From: an uncultured Acidobacteriota bacterium
GTDB lineage: Bacteria; Acidobacteriota; UBA6911
Assembly: GCA_963843575.1 (NCBI GenBank)
Contig: CAWJKZ010000019.1
Coordinates: 32,001 to 96,000 of the forward strand
Reading direction: 5' to 3'
DNA: 64,000 bases
Made by a program: the position numbers and the translations under genes
Shown: positions 58,708-64,000 of the stretch, piece after piece
Layout of the letters: every line of letters starts with the position of its first letter
Numbering within the stretch: the stretch's first letter is position 1
Notes under the pieces: model-generated
What the model was told of the DNA's origin: nothing
The model's input: the letters and a program-made list of their open reading frames with translations, nothing else
Databases searched by the model: none

Positions 58708-58769
58708 CATCTGCATTGCGGCTCGGGAGCCTTGCGCCCCCGGCCTGAGATGAGGCACACTGGCCGCCG

Positions 58770-61700
58770 ATGGCGCACCACATTTACACGGGCTCGTTTG
58801 CCGGCCTCGAAATGCGCTGGCTCGAAGAGGTCGCGTGCCTGCAGGCGGGAGACCCGCTACGCCCGGTGCCCGTGCTTGTAGGATCCAACATACTGGCGTC
58901 GCACCTCAAAGCGGTCCTGGCACGGAGCCGCCCCGCCGCCAACATACGGTTCTACACGTTTCTCGACCTCGTCAATACGCTCGCACGCGAGGAGACGTCG
59001 TCCCGCCCGCGCCTGCCGCGGTTGGGCGGTATCAGCTTCCTGGACGAATCGCTCGAGGCGGGGGTGCCCGAGGTGTTCGCGGGGGTCGCCACCTACCCGG
59101 GATTCCGCTCGAACCTGCTCGACACCTTCCGGGACCTCCGCGATGCGGGGATCGCGCCGGCGAACCTCGAACGGAGCCTGCCTGCCCTGGCGCGCGCGAC
59201 GCCGGACCGGGCGCCACACCTGAAGGGGCTGTCGGTGCTGTGGAGCCGGTTCCGGGAACACACGGAGCGTTTCCGCGACGTCGACGACGATTTCCGCTCT
59301 GCGCTGCGGTGCGCGTCGCGTGCGGCCGCCGTTCTCGGCAGCGGACGCCTGCTCGTCTACGGCATCTACGACGCGACCGGCCAGCAGGCCGACCTCCTGG
59401 CCGGCCTGAGGCAGTGGCTCGAGCTGGCCTATTTCATCCCGTTCGTGGATCCAGCGGAATCGCGCTTTGCCCAGGCGTTTCTGGATGCGCGCAGTGTGGA
59501 GCTGACTGTCGCCCCCGAGCGGGTCGCGGAGCCGGCCGGAGCTTCGACCCTGGGTCGGCTCGCGGAATGCGGATTCGGGTTCCGCGTCCGCTCGTGGGGC
59601 AACGCGGATTGCGCCCTGCCGGCGGACGGAAGCCTGCGGCTGGTTTCCGCGCCGGGACAGTCCAGGGCGGCGGTGGAGATCGTGCGCGAGGTCCTCACCG
59701 CGGTGCAGGACGGGACGGTGTCGGGCTTTCACGAAATCGCCGTTCTGTTCCGGCATCCGCGCGAGGAGGCGCCCATCGTCGCCGAGGCCCTCCGATTGCG
59801 AAGTATCCCTCATTTCCTCCACGGCGGGGAACCTTTCGAACAGAGGCCGCTATGCCGGGCCGTGCTGGCCTGTGCCGGCCTGGAGCCGGGGCAGCATGCC
59901 CGCGCGGGCGTGCTCGCCGCGATGGATTTCATCGCCGCGGCGCTCCCTCCCCGGGCCGGGCGCAGGTGGGACGCGCAACAGTGGCGCGCACTGACGGGCG
60001 ACGCCAGGTTCCTCGCCGGTTTGGATGGCTGGGACAAAGGGGCCGACACGCTCGTGCGCGACGCTCAACGCGACCTGGCCCGGGCCGAGTCCGGCACGGC
60101 CGCCGTCTCCGACGACGGCGAACCGCCGATGTCGCCCGCGCGCGCGCGGATCCGTCTCGAGCGCGCGCAATCGTTGCGGGAGGCGTGGCACACCCTGCGC
60201 GACGCGTCCTGCGGTTGGCCCCCGGCCCTTTCCTGGATCCAGTGGGCCGCGCTCCTGGAGGATCGCCTGGGCCCGCTCCTGGGCGACGCCGAAGACTGGC
60301 CCGCCTTCTCGTCTGTTCTCGACGAACTACGGTCTCTGGGGACGCTCCCGGAGCGGCGCCGGGTATCCCGCGCCCGCATGGTGTCGCTTCTGCGGGAATC
60401 CATCCGGGGCCACAGCCTGCCCGAAGGACGCTTCCGGGGCAACGGGGTGAACCTTCTGCCGCTCAGCGTCGCCCGCGGCGTCCGTTTCGCCGTGACCATC
60501 GTGCCTGGCCTGGAGGAAGGGTCCTTCCCCGCGCGGCCGCGGCAGGATCCGCTGCTGTTCGACACGGAGCGCGCGGCGATCGGGGACCTGTTCTCGACAC
60601 TCCCCCTCAAGGCTCGACGCCGCGAAGAGGAAACGCTCCTGTTCGACATGGCTGCGAGGTCGGCCGAGAAGCGGTTGGTCCTCGTCACCTCCAGGCTCGA
60701 CGAACGCACCGACCGTGAACGCATACCATCTGAATTTTTCCTCCGGGTTGCCGAGGCTGCGGCCCGCTCCCCGCTCACGCTGCGCGATCTGAAAGCAGGC
60801 CGCGTCCCGGGATTCCGCTCCGTCAACCTGGAGAACCCGGCGCCGGACCCGGGCCAGGTTGCCGTCGACGAAGGCGAGATGCGCCTCAGGCTGATCACCC
60901 GCAACCGGGACGAGGCGGCCGCTGCCCTGAGCGCCCTCGCCGCCGCGGATCCCGCGCTGCTGGAACGCAGCAGGGCCTTCGACCGCGCGCGCTGGACGAG
61001 ACGGCTGACCGAATTCGACGGCCGGATCGTCGACCCCGAGCTGACCCGCTGGGTCGGCTCGACCAAGGGATCGACCGCGGGACAGGTCTCGGCCACCCGC
61101 GTCGAGGAGTACGTCCGTTGCCCCTATCTGTTCTACCTGAAGCGGGTGGTCGGGCTCGAGCCATGGCAGGAGCCGGAGCCGTCGCAGGTCCTGGACCCCC
61201 TGGTCCGCGGCTCGCAGGTCCACGCCGTGCTCGAGGGCTTCGTGCGCGGCCTGGAAGGACGCCCTCTGTCGACCGAACCGCAGGCGAAGCTCGGAAGCCG
61301 CGCTGCTCGAACTGTCCCGGCGGACCCTGGACAGCGTGCGCCCGCCCGGCATGCCGGACCTGCTGTGGGAACTGGAACAGGAGGGGGTAGACCGGATCCT
61401 GCGCGAGTGGCTGATCTTCGAGCGGGAGAGGGAAGAGAGCGGCCTCGTGCCCCGTCTCCTGGAGCACCCGTTTGGCCAGGTTTCGGCCGAAACCGCCCGG
61501 GCCCCTTTCCGACTCCAGGCCGGGCGCCACACCTTCGAGTTCCGCGGCAAGATCGATCGTGTCGACCTTGCCCCCGACGGCAGGCGGGCACGCGTCGTCG
61601 ACTACAAAACCGGCCGCCTGCCGCCCACCATGAGGCGCCGGAAGCGACCGGTGCTCATGTGCGGCGAGAAGATCCAGATCGCCGTCTACTGGGGTGCGCT

Positions 61701-62040
61701 GCAGGGCGACTATCCCGGGATCGAGGAAATATCCGGGGAGTACCTGCACCTGCAGCAGCAGGAGGGCAAGGTCGTGCCTTGTTCGTTCGACGACCAGGAA
61801 CTGCGCGCCGGGGTCGACCGGCTCGGCGAAATCCTGGAGATCGTCGGGGACGGCATTGACGACGGCATGTTCTTCGCGCGCACCGGCGGCGCTGTGTACG
61901 ACGATCACTGTCTGCACTGCAAGTACCTCCCCGTCTGCGGCAAAGACGTCGGGCGCCGCGCCGAAACGAAGGCGCACGACCCCGCGGTGCGCACGTTTGA
62001 GAGGCTGGCCGAGATCGACGAACCCTGGGAGGACGCGTGA
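58770..62040 (+). CDS. addB: AddB/RexB-like protein with C-terminal PD-(D/E)XK nuclease and Fe-S cysteines; frameshift near 61290
   Basis: SATRVEEYVRCPY, RGKIDRVD..VVDYKTG, QIAVY and CLHCKYLPVC motifs; GTGA overlap with the helicase gene. Confidence 0.8.
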
Positions 62041-64000
62041 TCCCCGATCAGCCACAGCGCGACAGGGCCGTGCGCGAGACGCGGAGGTCGTTCGTCGTGG
62101 AGGCTTCGGCGGGAACCGGCAAGACCCGGACTCTGGTCGACCGCATCCTCCACCTGGTGCTGCGCGAGGGACCTTCAGGGCCGCCGATCAGACTCGTACA
62201 AGTCTGCGCGATCACTTTCACGGAGAAGGCCGCCGGCGAAATGAAGATCCGGTTGCGGCAGGAGTTCGAGGAGGCGACCCGGGACGAGGCGGTCCGCCCC
62301 CTGGCGCAGCAGGCCCTGTACGATCTCGAATCCGCCGCGATCTCGACCTTCCACTCCCTGGCGGTCTCGCTGCTGAAAGAGAGGCCCATCGAGGCAGGGC
62401 TCGATCCGCAGTTCACCGCGCTGGACGAAATCCAGAGCGGTTTGCTCTTTGACGAGCTGTGGGAAGAGTGGATCCGCGACGTCCTGGTGGCGCGCCGGGG
62501 CCCGATCGAGGCTGCGCTCCGCGGCGGATTCAGCCTGGGCGGTTTGAAATCGATCGCCTCCGGCCTGAGGCTCCACGCCCCCCTGGCGACCCGCCTCGAG
62601 CTGCCCCCCCCGGCGACCGAGGAGGATGTCCTCCATACCCGCGCCAGCCTGCTGAGCGAGGCACACTCCTTGCGCTGCCGCGCCACACGCCCGGACGACA
62701 AGCTCCTCCTGCGGCTGGCGGACACCATCGCCTGGTTGGAGAGCCCGCTCGGGTGCGCTCCCCCGGGCAAACCCGGGAATACCGGCAGGGCGGATCGCTG
62801 GTCCGGCGGCGCCGACACCGTGCGCCAGGTGCAGGACTTCGTCCGCAGAACCGCCGAGTTCGCCAGCGAGTCCTCCGGATACGAACGCCAGCGCCTTCTC
62901 GATACGGTCGTCCGGTGGCTTCGGACGGACTTCCTCCACGCCTGGCAGCGGCGAAAGCAGGCCGAAGGCGTGGTCGACTTCGACGACCAGCTCGAGGCCG
63001 CGCGCAGCCTGCTGATCCGGAGCCGGGCCGCGCGCCGCGAGTTCCAGGATCGGTTCCGGACCCTCCTGGTGGACGAGTTCCAGGACACCGACCCGACCCA
63101 GTTGGATATCGTCCTGCTGCTCTCTTCCCCCGGCCTGGACGAGAACGATCCGTCGCGCCTGAAACCGGGGCCGGGCCGACTGTTCATCGTCGGGGACCCG
63201 AAACAGTCGATCTATCGGTTCCGGGGCGCCGACGTCGAGACCTACCTCGACGTGGTCGGAAGGTCCGGCGCGCTCGGCCTGGAATGTGTCGGCATTACCA
63301 CGAACTTCCGGTCCGTTCCCTCGCTTCTCCGCTTCGTGGACGCGGCATTCGAGGGCGTCATGTTGAAGAGCGGGGACGGACGGCGCCTACCAGGCGGACT
63401 ATCTCCCATTCGGCGCCGGCGCACGACAAGGGGAGCCGGCAGGGCCTTCGGTCCGGCTCGTCGGCGATCGCACGGAGGCGGGGAACCTCGCGGGTTCCGG
63501 GCCGCGACTGGGTCGACGTCGAGGCCGCGCGACTGGCGAAGTTGATCCGGCAGATCAAAGGCGGAAAGGACGAGTCGTGGTGGGTCGAGGAATCCCGCGG
63601 GGCCCCGGGCCGCCGGCGGCCGCCCGAGTATCACGACATCGCCATTCTTCTCCCCGTCCTCACCCACCTCGATGCGCTCGAGGAGCAGTTGCGGGACTGC
63701 AGGCATCCCTTACGTGCTCGAAGGGGGGAAGTTCTACTATGCGCGGTCGGAGGTGTCTTCAGCCCTGACCCTGCTCCGCGCCGTGTCGAACCCCAACGAC
63801 GAGGTCGCGCTTTACGGAGCCCTGCGCTCCATCTTTTTCGGGCTCTCGGACGAAGAGCTGCTGCGCGCGCGCCGCGCCGGCGTGCCGCTGGATTACCGAG
63901 TCGCGCCGCCTGAGGATTCCCCGCTGCGCCAACCCTTCGCGACTTCTGCTGCGACCTGCACGAGGGCCGGCTCAGGCGCCCTCCGTCGGAAACCTTCGAG
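62037..64000 (+). CDS. addA: AddA/UvrD-family helicase-nuclease, 5' part; frameshifts near 63380-63950; runs off the window
   Basis: VEASAGTGKT, ITFTEKAA, STFH, VDEFQDT, VGDPKQSIYRFRGAD and NFRS motifs; later DIAIL and ALRSIFFGLSDEEL lie in other frames. Confidence 0.85.

Noticed and set aside
58770-64000. Helicase-nuclease pair as a novel defence system
   Set aside because: Gene order, overlap, motifs and Fe-S cysteines fit ordinary AddB-AddA recombination repair.

Overview
High-GC bacterial chromosome segment, most likely Acidobacteriota (inferred from an ADOP-type duplicated permease, an Oar-like TonB-dependent receptor and acidobacterial-style palindromic repeats). It holds about 45 genes. 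They include a NadQ-regulated nadA-nadC unit with two operator palindromes, an asd-lysC-dapB-dapA-dapD lysine operon, pruA, tadA, addB-addA at the right edge, and a sensor kinase / sigma-54 regulator / degP module with a readable -24/-12 promoter and enhancer-like palindrome. There is also an uncharacterised PQQ-propeller / CxxC glycosyltransferase / ABC cluster. The most striking feature is missing from the ORF track: a minus-strand gene running off the left edge (1-720) with the signature motifs of GatE, the Glu-tRNA(Gln) amidotransferase subunit normally regarded as archaeal. Intergenic spaces carry at least four families of REP-like palindromes, a MITE-like element with 20-bp terminal inverted repeats, and GGAAGCC heptamer runs. 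Several genes contain indel frameshifts, which most likely reflect uncorrected long-read assembly errors. I saw no CRISPR array, tRNA, rRNA or transposase.
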